A stretch of DNA of 64,000 nt. Source: Bryobacteraceae bacterium. GTDB taxonomy: Bacteria > Acidobacteriota > Terriglobia > Bryobacterales > Bryobacteraceae. Position numbers and translations under genes: made by a program. Below are positions 8,463 through 17,670 of the stretch, in pieces; positions within the stretch are counted from its first letter, which is position 1; every line of letters begins with the position of its first letter. The notes beneath the pieces were generated by a model. That model saw nothing but the letters and a program-made list of their open reading frames with translations. It did no database searches and was not told where the DNA came from. The stretch lies in the NCBI GenBank assembly GCA_041486445.1, contig JBGPLI010000002.1, positions 9,066 to 73,065 on the forward strand, in the 5' to 3' direction.

Positions 8463-10505
8463 ATGAGGAAGACAGCATTCGCCATATTGCTGCTTGGAGT
8501 TGCCGCTTGGGCGCAGCCGGCCGGACAGAACCGCGCCTCGGGACCGAACGTGGACCGGGCGTCGTCGTATTATTACTACACGCTCGCGCACATGTACGCC
8601 GAGCTGGCAGGCGCCTACGGTAACCGCGGCGACTACGTCAACAAGGCGATCGAAAATTATAAAGCAGCGATCAAAGCGGATCCCAGAACGCCGATGCTGA
8701 GCGAGGAACTCTCCGAGCTCTACATCCAGGCCGGGCGGCTTCGCGAGGCGCAGAACGACGCCGAGGACGCGCTCAAGCAGAACCCGAACGACGTGGCCGC
8801 GCGGCGTCTGCTGGCCCGTATCTTCACGCGGCAGATCGGCGACGCCCAGCAAAACAAGATCGACGAGGCGATGCTGCGCCGGGCGATCGAGCAGTACCAG
8901 AAAATCACCGAGCTCGATCCCAAGGACACCGACTCGTTGCTGATGCTGGGGCGGCTCCAGAAGGTGGCGCAGAATTCGGTCGAAGCCGAGAAGGCGTACA
9001 AGAAGGTGCTCGAAAACGACCCCGCCAATGAGGACGCACTCACCGGACTGGCGATCGTGTACAGCGACCTTGGCGACAATAAGAAGGCCGCCGATCTGCT
9101 CAAGGAACTGGCGGCCAAAAATCCGACGCCCCGCAGTTTGCAGGCTCTGGCGGCTGCCTACGAACAGATGCGCGACTTCAAAGGGGCGGCCGAGACGCTG
9201 CGGCGCGCGCTCGAATTGAACCCGCCCAACGCGGCGGAAGTCAAGCGCGCGATGGCCCAGGATCTCTTGTTCGCCGAGCAGTATCGGGACGCGCTGAAGG
9301 CTTACCAGGAGTTGGTCGCGGACGAGCCGAACGACGCGCTGTCCTACCTGCGCATGTCGCAGATCTACCGCCAGCTTCGCGACTTCGCCAAAGCCCGCGA
9401 GGCCTCCGACAAGGCCCGCGGCATCGAGCCGAACAACCTGGAGATCCGTTACAACGAGGTCAGCATCCTCGAGGCCGAGGGCAAGACGCCCCAGGCGATC
9501 CAAGCTCTGAAGGACATCCTCTCCAGCACGGCCAAGCGCAACTACAACCGGACCGAGCGCGCCAGCCGCGTGCAGTTGCTGGAGCGCCTGGCCGCGCTCG
9601 ATCGTTCGATCGATCAGACCGATGCAGCGGTGGAAGCTTTCCGGCAGATCCTGGAACTCGACTCCGAGCTGGGCCCGCGTGTGTCGGCCGAGATCGTCGA
9701 TGCCTACCGGACGGGTAAACAGTTCGCCCGGGCCGAGCAGGAGGCCGACTCGGCAGTCAAGAAGTGGCCCACGGATCGAACCGTGGTGGTGGTGCGGGCC
9801 ACTCTGCTGGCCGACCTGGGCAAGACCGATGCCGCCGCCGCCGATGTCAAGAAACTCCTCAACGGCAAGGACGATCGCCAGACCTATCTGTCGCTGGCCG
9901 AGATCTATCAGAAGGGCAAGCGCTGGGACGATACCTCCAAGGCCCTGGACGCCGCGGAAAAACTCTCTCAGAGTGTGGAGGAAAAACAGGACATCTGGTT
10001 CATGCGCGGCGCGACGTTTGAAAAGCAGAAAAAGATCGAGGCGTCGGAAGCCGAGTTTCGCAAAGTTCTCGCCGCGAATCCCGACCATGCCTCGGCCCTC
10101 AACTACCTGGGCTTCATGCTGGCGGACCGCAACATCCGCTTGCAGGAATCGCTGAACATGATCAACAAGGCGCTGGAGAAGGATCCCAACAACGGCGCGT
10201 ATCTGGACAGCCTGGGATGGGTCTACTATCGCCTGGGCCGGTTCACCGAAGCCGAAGAGGTGATTCGTCGCGCCATCGAGAAGGTGCCGCTCGATCCCAG
10301 CATCCACGACCATATGGGCGACGTCCTGATCAGGGAATCGAAGCTGAGAGAGGCGATCGGGCAGTGGGAGGCCTCGCTCAAGGAGTGGGACTCGAGCTCG
10401 CCCGCCGACCTGGAACCCGCCGAGATCGCCAAAGTGAAGAGCAAGCTCGAGAGCGCGAAGGTGCGGCTGGCCAGGGAAGGCTCGCAAAATCAGAATAAGC
10501 AGTAG
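8463..10505 (+). CDS. Exported multi-TPR repeat protein
   Basis: ATG at 8463 gives signal peptide MRKTAFAILLLGVAAWAQP. More than 10 TPR units (A-x3-Y-x-KA-L-x-x-DP-N patterns). The 5' extension of the track ORF overlaps miaA and is rejected. Confidence 0.8.
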   Translation: MRKTAFAILLLGVAAWAQPAGQNRASGPNVDRASSYYYYTLAHMYAELAGAYGNRGDYVNKAIENYKAAIKADPRTPMLSEELSELYIQAGRLREAQNDAEDALKQNPNDVAARRLLARIFTRQIGDAQQNKIDEAMLRRAIEQYQKITELDPKDTDSLLMLGRLQKVAQNSVEAEKAYKKVLENDPANEDALTGLAIVYSDLGDNKKAADLLKELAAKNPTPRSLQALAAAYEQMRDFKGAAETLRRALELNPPNAAEVKRAMAQDLLFAEQYRDALKAYQELVADEPNDALSYLRMSQIYRQLRDFAKAREASDKARGIEPNNLEIRYNEVSILEAEGKTPQAIQALKDILSSTAKRNYNRTERASRVQLLERLAALDRSIDQTDAAVEAFRQILELDSELGPRVSAEIVDAYRTGKQFARAEQEADSAVKKWPTDRTVVVVRATLLADLGKTDAAAADVKKLLNGKDDRQTYLSLAEIYQKGKRWDDTSKALDAAEKLSQSVEEKQDIWFMRGATFEKQKKIEASEAEFRKVLAANPDHASALNYLGFMLADRNIRLQESLNMINKALEKDPNNGAYLDSLGWVYYRLGRFTEAEEVIRRAIEKVPLDPSIHDHMGDVLIRESKLREAIGQWEASLKEWDSSSPADLEPAEIAKVKSKLESAKVRLAREGSQNQNKQ

Positions 10506-10693
10506 TGGAACCGGTTGCACTCAAATTCGCAAGCTTTGAAGAGGCCGATGCGGCCGACCGGGCTTACTATCGGCAGCTCACACCGGCGGAACGTCTCGCG
10601 ATCATGCTGGAGTTAATTTTCCCCGAGGGCAGCGATGCGGCTTCCGCGAGACTTGAAAGAGTTTATCGAATTACTCAACTCGGAGCAGGTTGA
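10505..10693 (+). CDS. Small hypothetical protein upstream of a disrupted nucleotidyltransferase
   Basis: 62-aa ORF. Its GTG overlaps the TAG of the TPR gene by 1 nt. No recognisable domain. Confidence 0.35.
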   Translation: MEPVALKFASFEEADAADRAYYRQLTPAERLAIMLELIFPEGSDAASARLERVYRITQLGAG

Positions 10694-11074
10694 GTACGTC
10701 ATCGTCGGCGGCTGGGCTTTCGGATTCCACGCGAGACCACTCAGGATCTGGATATCCTGGTACGGCCCACGGTGGAGAATGCCGGCCGAGTTGAGCGAGT
10801 CATCGGCCGGTTTGGGTTTGCTTCCCTCGGACTCTCCGCCAACGACTTTCTTGTGCCAGGCCGGGTCATTCAGCTTGGCCAGTCGCCCCATCGAATCGAC
10901 CTTTTGACCTCTCTGACCGGCGTGGAGGACGACGAGATTTGGCAATCCCGAGTGGCGGCCGAATTGGACGGTGTGCCCGTGTTCTTCCTTGGGCGATCCA
11001 CACTGATCAAGAACAAGCGGGCGACCGGACGGAGTCGCGACGCCGCCGACGTCGAGGAGCTCGGGGAAGAGTAG
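10635..11074 (+). pseudogene. Minimal Pol-beta-superfamily nucleotidyltransferase, interrupted by a frameshift near 10735-10745
   Basis: ORF 10635-10907 encodes LKEFIELLNSEQVEYVIVGGWAFGFHARP. The expected continuation TQDLDILVRPTVENAGRVERV... is in the frame of ORF 10772-11074. Together they give the G[GS]...DxD nucleotidyltransferase signature. Confidence 0.55.
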
Positions 11075-11144
11075 GTTTCTTGACGAGCGCTCAATCGAGC
11101 GGCAGGCGCAGGATCTACGGTCACAGCGCTACACTAAGAATTCC

Positions 11145-12659
11145 ATGCGCAAGTGGATTCTCGCTCTCTTCGTTTCCCTCCCGCTTGCCGCGCAACCGAA
11201 GGCGCCCGCGCAGCCCAAGCTGGTTCTGGCGATCGTCGTCGACCAGTTCCGCTACGACTATCTGACCCGTTTTCGGAGCGACTACACTGGCGGTTTGAAG
11301 CGCCTGCTGGATCAAGGCGCCGTGTTCACCAACGCCCGCTACGAGCACGTTCCCACCGTCACCGCGGTTGGACACTCGACGTTCCTTACGGGTGCCACGC
11401 CGGCGATGAGCGGGATCATTGCCAACGAGTGGTGGGACCGGGCCACCGGGAAACAGATCACCAGCGTCTCCGACGAGAAAACCACGCTGGTCGGCGGCTC
11501 GGGCGAAGGGTCCTCGCCGCGGCGGCTCCTTCAATCGACGCTTGGCGACGAGCTCAAGCTTTCCGGCAAGGGCGGGAAGGTGATCGGCGTATCGATCAAG
11601 GACCGCAGCGCGATTCTGCCCTCCGGACACATGGCCGACGGGGCGTACTGGTTCGATGGCAATTCCGGGAACTTCGTGAGCAGCACGTACTACTTCACCC
11701 AGTTGCCGGACTGGGTGGCGGAGTTCAATCGCTCGCGGCCCGCCGACAAGTACGCCGGCAAGGAGTGGATGGGGCACAAGACGGCGGCGGCGGCCGGGAC
11801 AGCCCTCTACAACGAGCTGCCGGCGACCCCGTGGGGCAACGAGCTGATCGAACAATTCGCGCTGCGCGCGCTCGCGTCCGAAAAACTGGGCGTCAGCGGC
11901 AGGATCGATGTTCTGGCCGTCAGCTATTCCTCCAACGATTACGTCGGCCATCAGGTTGGCCCGGACGCCCCGGAAACGCGCGACATGGCGATTCGGGTGG
12001 ACCGGCTGATCGGCGACCTGATGCGCGCGGCCGAGGTGCAAGCCGGGACAGGGAACGTGCTAACGGTGATGACGGCGGACCACGGGGTGGCTCCGCTGCC
12101 GGAGGTGAATCAGAAGCGAAGGATGCCCGGAGGGCGGCTCGATCCGCAGCAGCTTCGCGGCGCGGTGGAGAAGGCGCTGACGGCGCGGTTCGGCGAGGGG
12201 CGCTGGATCGCTTTCGCCGGCGACTCGATCTTTTTCAATGCCGAGCCGATTCCCGGGCGCACGCTGGACGTGTCGGAGATGGAGCGCGTCGCGGCCGAGG
12301 CGCTGCGAACGCTGCCACACGTCTTTCGCGTCTACACGCGCACGCAGTTGCTGAACGGAGCGATTCTGGAGGACGAAGCCGGCAGGCGCGTGCGGAACGG
12401 GTTCAACGCCGCGCGATCGGGAAATCTGACGGTGATTCTGGACCCGTACTGGATGGTCAGCCCCGCGGGCACGACGCACGGGGCGCCGTTTGGCTACGAC
12501 ACGCACGTTCCGATCCTGTTCCTGGGCGCGGGGGTGCGGCCCGGACGCTATAACCGAAGTGTGGCGGTGAACGACATCGCGCCCACTCTGGCGGCCATGC
12601 TCGACGTCGAGACGCCCAGCGGGAGCGTGGGGCACGTGCTGGACGAAATGCTGAAATAG
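11145..12659 (+). CDS. Alkaline phosphatase/nucleotide pyrophosphatase-phosphodiesterase family protein, exported
   Basis: Signal peptide; metal/nucleophile region VVDQFRYDY ... TVTAVGHSTFLTGATP; C-terminal HGAPFGYDTHVP. Confidence 0.8.
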   Translation: MRKWILALFVSLPLAAQPKAPAQPKLVLAIVVDQFRYDYLTRFRSDYTGGLKRLLDQGAVFTNARYEHVPTVTAVGHSTFLTGATPAMSGIIANEWWDRATGKQITSVSDEKTTLVGGSGEGSSPRRLLQSTLGDELKLSGKGGKVIGVSIKDRSAILPSGHMADGAYWFDGNSGNFVSSTYYFTQLPDWVAEFNRSRPADKYAGKEWMGHKTAAAAGTALYNELPATPWGNELIEQFALRALASEKLGVSGRIDVLAVSYSSNDYVGHQVGPDAPETRDMAIRVDRLIGDLMRAAEVQAGTGNVLTVMTADHGVAPLPEVNQKRRMPGGRLDPQQLRGAVEKALTARFGEGRWIAFAGDSIFFNAEPIPGRTLDVSEMERVAAEALRTLPHVFRVYTRTQLLNGAILEDEAGRRVRNGFNAARSGNLTVILDPYWMVSPAGTTHGAPFGYDTHVPILFLGAGVRPGRYNRSVAVNDIAPTLAAMLDVETPSGSVGHVLDEMLK

Positions 12660-12704
12660 CCATCCCTACTGCTAAAATAGATTCGACAAGGAGTCTGATC
12701 GCCC

Positions 12705-13232
12705 ATGTCTCGTTCGTTCCTCCTCCTCCCGGCCGTCGCCGTGTGCGCCGCCGCGCTCGTTTCTCCGCCGCTCGCCTCCGCGCAGACCAAGGTCGGCGTG
12801 ATCAATCTTCAGCGCGCGCTTCTGGAAACCGCAGAGATCAAGAAGGCGTCCGCCGACATGCAGGCGCGGTACAAACCGCGGCAGGACGCGCTCGACAAGG
12901 TGCAGCGCGAACTCAACGACATTCAGGTGCAGCTCCAGAACGGCCAGGGCAAAATCAGCGCTGCGGGGCAGGCCGATCTCGAAGCGCAGGGCCAGCGCAA
13001 GCAGCGCGAAGCCACCCGCCTGAACGAGGACCTCCAGGCCGATGTGGAGCGCGACCGCAACGATATCCTCCAGCGCGCCGGCCAGCGGATGACGGAGGTG
13101 GTCAAGAAGGTAGCCGACGAAAAGGGTCTGGACGTGGTGGTGGACGTCACCACCGCGATCTTTTTCAAGCCCGCGCTTGAAGTCACCAACGACGCGATCG
13201 CCGCCTACGACAAGGCGTATCCTCTAAAGTAA
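12705..13232 (+). CDS. OmpH/Skp-family periplasmic chaperone
   Basis: Signal peptide, VGVINLQRAL start, then a long coiled-coil typical of Skp. Good Shine-Dalgarno (aaggag) upstream. Confidence 0.8.
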   Translation: MSRSFLLLPAVAVCAAALVSPPLASAQTKVGVINLQRALLETAEIKKASADMQARYKPRQDALDKVQRELNDIQVQLQNGQGKISAAGQADLEAQGQRKQREATRLNEDLQADVERDRNDILQRAGQRMTEVVKKVADEKGLDVVVDVTTAIFFKPALEVTNDAIAAYDKAYPLK

Positions 13233-13233
13233 G

Positions 13234-13716
13234 ATGGCCGGGTACCTGGACGCCTACGGCGTGGGCGACGAGCGGCGCGAGCGGATCAGAAAGCGCGTCA
13301 TTCTGTGGGGTCTGGCGGCCGTGGTCACCGGAGCGGTTTTGTATTTTACATTCCGCACGTGGCCGCAGGAGCGGGTTGTCAAGCGGTTCGTGACACTGCT
13401 TGCACAAAAGGATTACCAGGACGCCTACAAGCTGTGGGGCTGCACGCCCGAAACTCCGTGCAAATATTATCCGCCCGAGAAATTCACGGACGACTGGGGC
13501 CCGTCCGGCGCCTACGCCGAGATTGCGGCCGCGCATATCGACAACGTGGACTATTGCGACACCGGCGTCGTGTTCTCCGTGACCTTCCCCAAGACCGACG
13601 CCATCGGCCTGTGGGTGGAGCGAGAGACCAACGTGATCAGTTTCGCTCCCTGGGTTCGCTGCCCCGGCCGCCATCTGCATCTGTGGGAGTTCCTGAAGTC
13701 GCGCTTCTCGTCGTAG
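13234..13716 (+). CDS. Hypothetical membrane-anchored protein
   Basis: 160-aa ORF with one N-terminal transmembrane helix (VILWGLAAVVTGAVLYFTF). Starts 2 nt after the skp stop. Confidence 0.5.
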   Translation: MAGYLDAYGVGDERRERIRKRVILWGLAAVVTGAVLYFTFRTWPQERVVKRFVTLLAQKDYQDAYKLWGCTPETPCKYYPPEKFTDDWGPSGAYAEIAAAHIDNVDYCDTGVVFSVTFPKTDAIGLWVERETNVISFAPWVRCPGRHLHLWEFLKSRFSS

Positions 13717-13738
13717 CGGAACGAACCGGCCCCTTTCC

Positions 13739-14644
13739 ATGAACATTCTTCTTGCGATCGATTTTTCGACGGCGAGCGAAGCCGCCATCCTTGAAGTTGC
13801 GACCCGGCCCTGGCCGCCCGCCACCTCGGTTCAAGTGGTGACGGTGGTCGAGCCCTCGCAACCCTGGGCGCTCTCTGAGCTGGTCGAAGAGGTCATGCGG
13901 TTGAGCCGGGACTTGACTCAACGGACCGCGGAGCGGCTGCGGTCATGCGGCTTGGATGCCACGCCTGTGGTGCTTTCCGGCGATCCGAAACACGTCATCG
14001 TCGAGCAAGCCGAGCGCACCGCCGCGGATCTCGTCGTGGTGGGTTCGCATGGAGACAAGGGCCTCACGCGATTCCTGCTGGGCGGCGTGGCGCGCGCCGT
14101 GGTTCGACTCGCTCCCTGCTCGGTTACCGTCGTGCGAACCACCCCCGGCAAAGGCGCCCGCCGGGCAGGCATGAAGGTGCTGCTCGCCACCGATGGCTCC
14201 GAGTGCTCCGGGATCGCCGCGCGCGCGGTCGCGGAACGGCTTTGGCCGGACGGGACAGAGGTGCGAATCCTGAGCGTGGTCGAGCTGTCGCTCCCTACGT
14301 TCCAGGCGGCTCTGGAGCCTCCCTTCGCCAATACGGAGGCGATGGAGATCCTGCGGGCGAACGCGATGAAGCACGCTCAGGACGCGATCCGGAGCGCCGA
14401 AGAAATCGTCGCAGCGGGTGGTCTCAAAACGTCCGAATCCGTTTCTGTTTTGCTGGAGAGCCCCAAGCAGATCATTCTGGATGAAGCCGGCACATGGAGT
14501 GCGGACCTGATCGTAGTCGGCTCCCATGGGAGGCGCGGGTTCAACCGGTTTCTTCTGGGCAGCGTATCGGAGGCCGTCGCGACACACGCCGGGTGCTCGG
14601 TCGAGGTCATCCGGAAACGGCCGAGTGCAGGAACCAGCGCTTGA
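13739..14644 (+). CDS. Tandem universal stress protein (UspA) domain protein
   Basis: Two Usp units, each ending in the ATP-binding motif (VVGSHGDKGLTRFLLGGVARAVVRLAPCSVTVV and VVGSHGRRGFNRFLLGSVSEAVATHAGCSVEVI). Confidence 0.8.
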   Translation: MNILLAIDFSTASEAAILEVATRPWPPATSVQVVTVVEPSQPWALSELVEEVMRLSRDLTQRTAERLRSCGLDATPVVLSGDPKHVIVEQAERTAADLVVVGSHGDKGLTRFLLGGVARAVVRLAPCSVTVVRTTPGKGARRAGMKVLLATDGSECSGIAARAVAERLWPDGTEVRILSVVELSLPTFQAALEPPFANTEAMEILRANAMKHAQDAIRSAEEIVAAGGLKTSESVSVLLESPKQIILDEAGTWSADLIVVGSHGRRGFNRFLLGSVSEAVATHAGCSVEVIRKRPSAGTSA

Positions 14645-15254
14645 GCACGATCTCCCGCGTGAACCAGTGCGTGCCCAGCAGCCGCGCGGCGAGCGAGTTC
14701 ACCAGCCGCGGAGGAAGCCGCTTCGCGACACGGGTGATCCACTGCTTCTGCGGTTCTCCGAAGAGCCGTCCGAGCTCGGTACGATAGCGCTCCAGCCGCT
14801 CCCGTCCGTATTGTCCACGTGCGGCGGCGATGGTCTGGGCCGCCAGCAGGCCGGATTCAATCGCCGGGAGAATGCCTTCCCCACTCTGCTCATACGCCAG
14901 GCCGGCGGCGTCGCCGATGAACAGCAAGCCGCCGGCGGCCACGTTGCGCGTGGAAACTCCCTGGAGAAGATAAGCATGTCCGTGGAACGCCCCTGGCACG
15001 TCGAATAACAGGCGGCCCGTCGATTTGAGAAAACGGACAAAAGCGGCGACATGCTCGGAAAGGCGGTGCGGATCCATCCTTCCCAACCCGATATTCAGGA
15101 AATTCTGCTTGCGGAAGCACCAGCCGTAGCCCTTCATGTCGGCGCAAAAGTAGAGCTCCGGCGTATCGCCGCAGGGATGCGAGCCACGGTTGGGAAGACC
15201 GGCGGCCCGTTGGTCAAGCACGCGCGATATTGCTGGCTGCTTGCGGAAAGCCAA
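14607..15254 (-). pseudogene. Geranylgeranyl-reductase-family FAD-dependent oxidoreductase, 5'-truncated (C-terminal ~215 codons only)
   Basis: Contains GYGWCFRKQNFLNIGLG and the C-terminal FAD motif GDAAGLAYEQSGEGILPAIESG. The N-terminal GxGxxG dinucleotide-binding half is absent. The frame stays open without a start codon up to about 15340, where lower-G+C DNA begins. Confidence 0.6.
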
Positions 15255-15642
15255 TCTGAGGCGACTGTTCGGGGCGACGGTGCGAAAGATTGCCGCCTTA
15301 CCGGTGGCGACGGGGAAAACGGAGGCTGTTGGTACGCGAAATCAAGGGAAAAAGGAGATAAGGGACGGACCGGGCGGACGGAACTTACTGGAAACATGGG
15401 ACTTGCCGATCTTGATGTGTTGTGGCAGATGCGAAAGCGATGCTTGGGCGGGACGAAGGCGGCTCCCAGCGGAAGAAAATGCAACTCGCTGGATAAAAAG
15501 GATAGTGGCTGGGTGTATACTAAACCGACCGCCTGTGGACAGATGCTAGCGGCGGTCATCGGCTCCGCTGTCTGGAGCCGCTCGCCTCTCCGCTGGTGGG
15601 AGCACGAGGGCAATTCCAGTTGGATAGACGTCAGAGGAGCTT

Positions 15643-17565
15643 ATGCCAAGGAAGCAACCCGATTTCGGACAAATAACTGAACATCCGATCGCCGTTATGC
15701 TTGGATTCGTCGCAAGCGCAGCCACATTGTTGACGATTCTTTCGCAGGGACTGCGCAGCCTGCCGCTACTTGCCGCGGCAATAGCAGCAAGTTGGCTCAT
15801 GTGGAACATCATCCGCGTGAAGTTCCCAGACGACCAGCCTTTACGCCCGAACGACTTTGGCGCGAGTCCTTTCAGCAAGGAATACTGTTGGGAGAGGCCT
15901 AGTTTGACGTCAGAGGTGCAAACGATCATCGAAAAGTCTCACTCTAAACCTGTCATCCTTGTCGGGCGGAGTGGCGTGGGCAAGTCGTTCTTGATGTCCA
16001 TGGTAGTTGAACGGTTAAGGGAGGCATCCTGGAAAGTTGACACTATCGAGCGGTATGATGACTTTCCGAAGGCGTTTCACAAATCGCACTCGCCTGACGA
16101 TACTCCACAAGTTCTCGTATTCGACCAATTCGAACAATTCCTCGCCTCAGCGACAGAAGGAGAAAGGCAATTCCTATTACAACAGGTGGCGCAAATACTA
16201 CGGAATCCACAACACCGCCTCGTGTTTGTCGTGCGCGATGATGCCTTTTACAAGTTCGTGACCTTCCTGAACCTAGAGCACAATCGCCTGGACATCGCCG
16301 GCATACAGCGAAAATCTGAAACAGGAGAAGAAATCGTGGCGCGACTTAGGCGTGCAACAAAAGCGCCACTAGAAGATGTCGATCAGATCCTAAGCAGTCT
16401 ACTCTCTAACAATGAAATGCTACCTTTAGAAGTCAGAATCGTTGGCTATCATCTCGCGGAACTTCAGCACGAACGTGGAATACCGATCGATTGGAAATAC
16501 TTCCAATATGAGCTCGGGGGTAAGGATGGAGTCATTAGGAGCTATTTCAATCGCCGCATTGATAATTTAAGCGATCCTGAAACTGGGATGGCTGTTTTAT
16601 TTGCGCTCGCTTTGGGCGGCCTCTACAAGACGGCACTTGACGTGAAACACCTCTCGTACGTCACACACCGAGATTCAAAGGTCGTATCTAAGTCCCTTGA
16701 GGGCTTGCAACTAGGCGAATTGGTGCGTGAAGCGAACTATACCTTCGAATTATCTCACGACTTCATCGGAATGCACGCTCGCGATGTCACTGGACTGCGT
16801 CTAAATCCGATCGACCGTGACAATATACTCTATTTCACGGAGGGCCTTACTGCCGGTCACAGGAGTCACCATAATAGTAAGCCCGGCGAAAATACCAGCA
16901 GTGCGCTCCGACCTCTGTCTGATCCGCTCTTTATTCTATTGGGATTAGTGCTGCTGATGAGGCTAGTCTACCCAGTTCTACTGCCGTTACTCGGGTTGTC
17001 GGGACGTGATTTCTTTCTGGGCGTGCCCACGGTAGAGGTAAATACGGCATCGCGCCTAGTGCCTACGCTGGATCGTAATTTTCTGCCTGTTGCAATTTGC
17101 ATCATCGTGTGGATGTACTTCATTTCGGAATTCCATCGGCGCGTTCTGAGGCGAATAGACAATGACGGTACGCGATGGTTCTCCTGGACACTTTGGGCGC
17201 TTTCGTCTGCTGGAGGAATGGTCACCGCGTTTGTGCCAAGCGTTTTCCTCGTATTGATTTTTGTCGCTGGCATTTTGCTCGGCCTTAAAATGTTTTGTTT
17301 GTCTAGAATGCGCGGTTTAGCCCGCTCCTCCGCGGAGTACTTTAAAGACAGCGCGGCGAGACTATTCTGGTTTTATCTCTTTGGTATCGTTGTCGTCGTT
17401 GTGATATTACGGGAATTCGTGATGTGGAACCCTTCTGAGTATTTTTTCGTTTTCGGATGGCTTTCTGTCGGCCTTACAGCGATTTCTTTCAGTGACGCGT
17501 GGAATTCGTACTTGGCTGTGTCAACACCGAACCGACTTCTGGGCTTGGTAGATCGACGTCGGTGA
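15643..17565 (+). CDS. Membrane-anchored P-loop NTPase of STAND/nSTAND-like type (2 N-terminal and about 5-6 C-terminal transmembrane helices)
   Basis: Walker A GRSGVGKSF; Walker B hhhhD in QVLVFDQFEQFL (a DQFE-type motif as in STAND NTPases); helical/winged-helix-like middle region (LPLEVRIVGYHLAEL). Hydrophobic stretches at residues ~15-60 and ~430-630. Codon usage is AT-richer than in neighbouring genes. Confidence 0.65.
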   Translation: MPRKQPDFGQITEHPIAVMLGFVASAATLLTILSQGLRSLPLLAAAIAASWLMWNIIRVKFPDDQPLRPNDFGASPFSKEYCWERPSLTSEVQTIIEKSHSKPVILVGRSGVGKSFLMSMVVERLREASWKVDTIERYDDFPKAFHKSHSPDDTPQVLVFDQFEQFLASATEGERQFLLQQVAQILRNPQHRLVFVVRDDAFYKFVTFLNLEHNRLDIAGIQRKSETGEEIVARLRRATKAPLEDVDQILSSLLSNNEMLPLEVRIVGYHLAELQHERGIPIDWKYFQYELGGKDGVIRSYFNRRIDNLSDPETGMAVLFALALGGLYKTALDVKHLSYVTHRDSKVVSKSLEGLQLGELVREANYTFELSHDFIGMHARDVTGLRLNPIDRDNILYFTEGLTAGHRSHHNSKPGENTSSALRPLSDPLFILLGLVLLMRLVYPVLLPLLGLSGRDFFLGVPTVEVNTASRLVPTLDRNFLPVAICIIVWMYFISEFHRRVLRRIDNDGTRWFSWTLWALSSAGGMVTAFVPSVFLVLIFVAGILLGLKMFCLSRMRGLARSSAEYFKDSAARLFWFYLFGIVVVVVILREFVMWNPSEYFFVFGWLSVGLTAISFSDAWNSYLAVSTPNRLLGLVDRRR

Positions 17566-17670
17566 CCGCAGGCCTCGTCGTCACCGCAAAGATACTCGAC
17601 CATCAGTTCACGCCACAGGGCGAGATCGAATAGCAATCGCAATAGAGTCTGTACGGAGAGTGGAGCAACA

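Noticed and set aside
8262-10520. 752-aa ORF on the minus strand, opposite the TPR gene
   Set aside because: The composition is Arg/Gly/Leu/Pro-rich with no motifs, as is typical of antisense frames in GC-rich DNA. The plus-strand frame has a signal peptide and clear TPR repeats.
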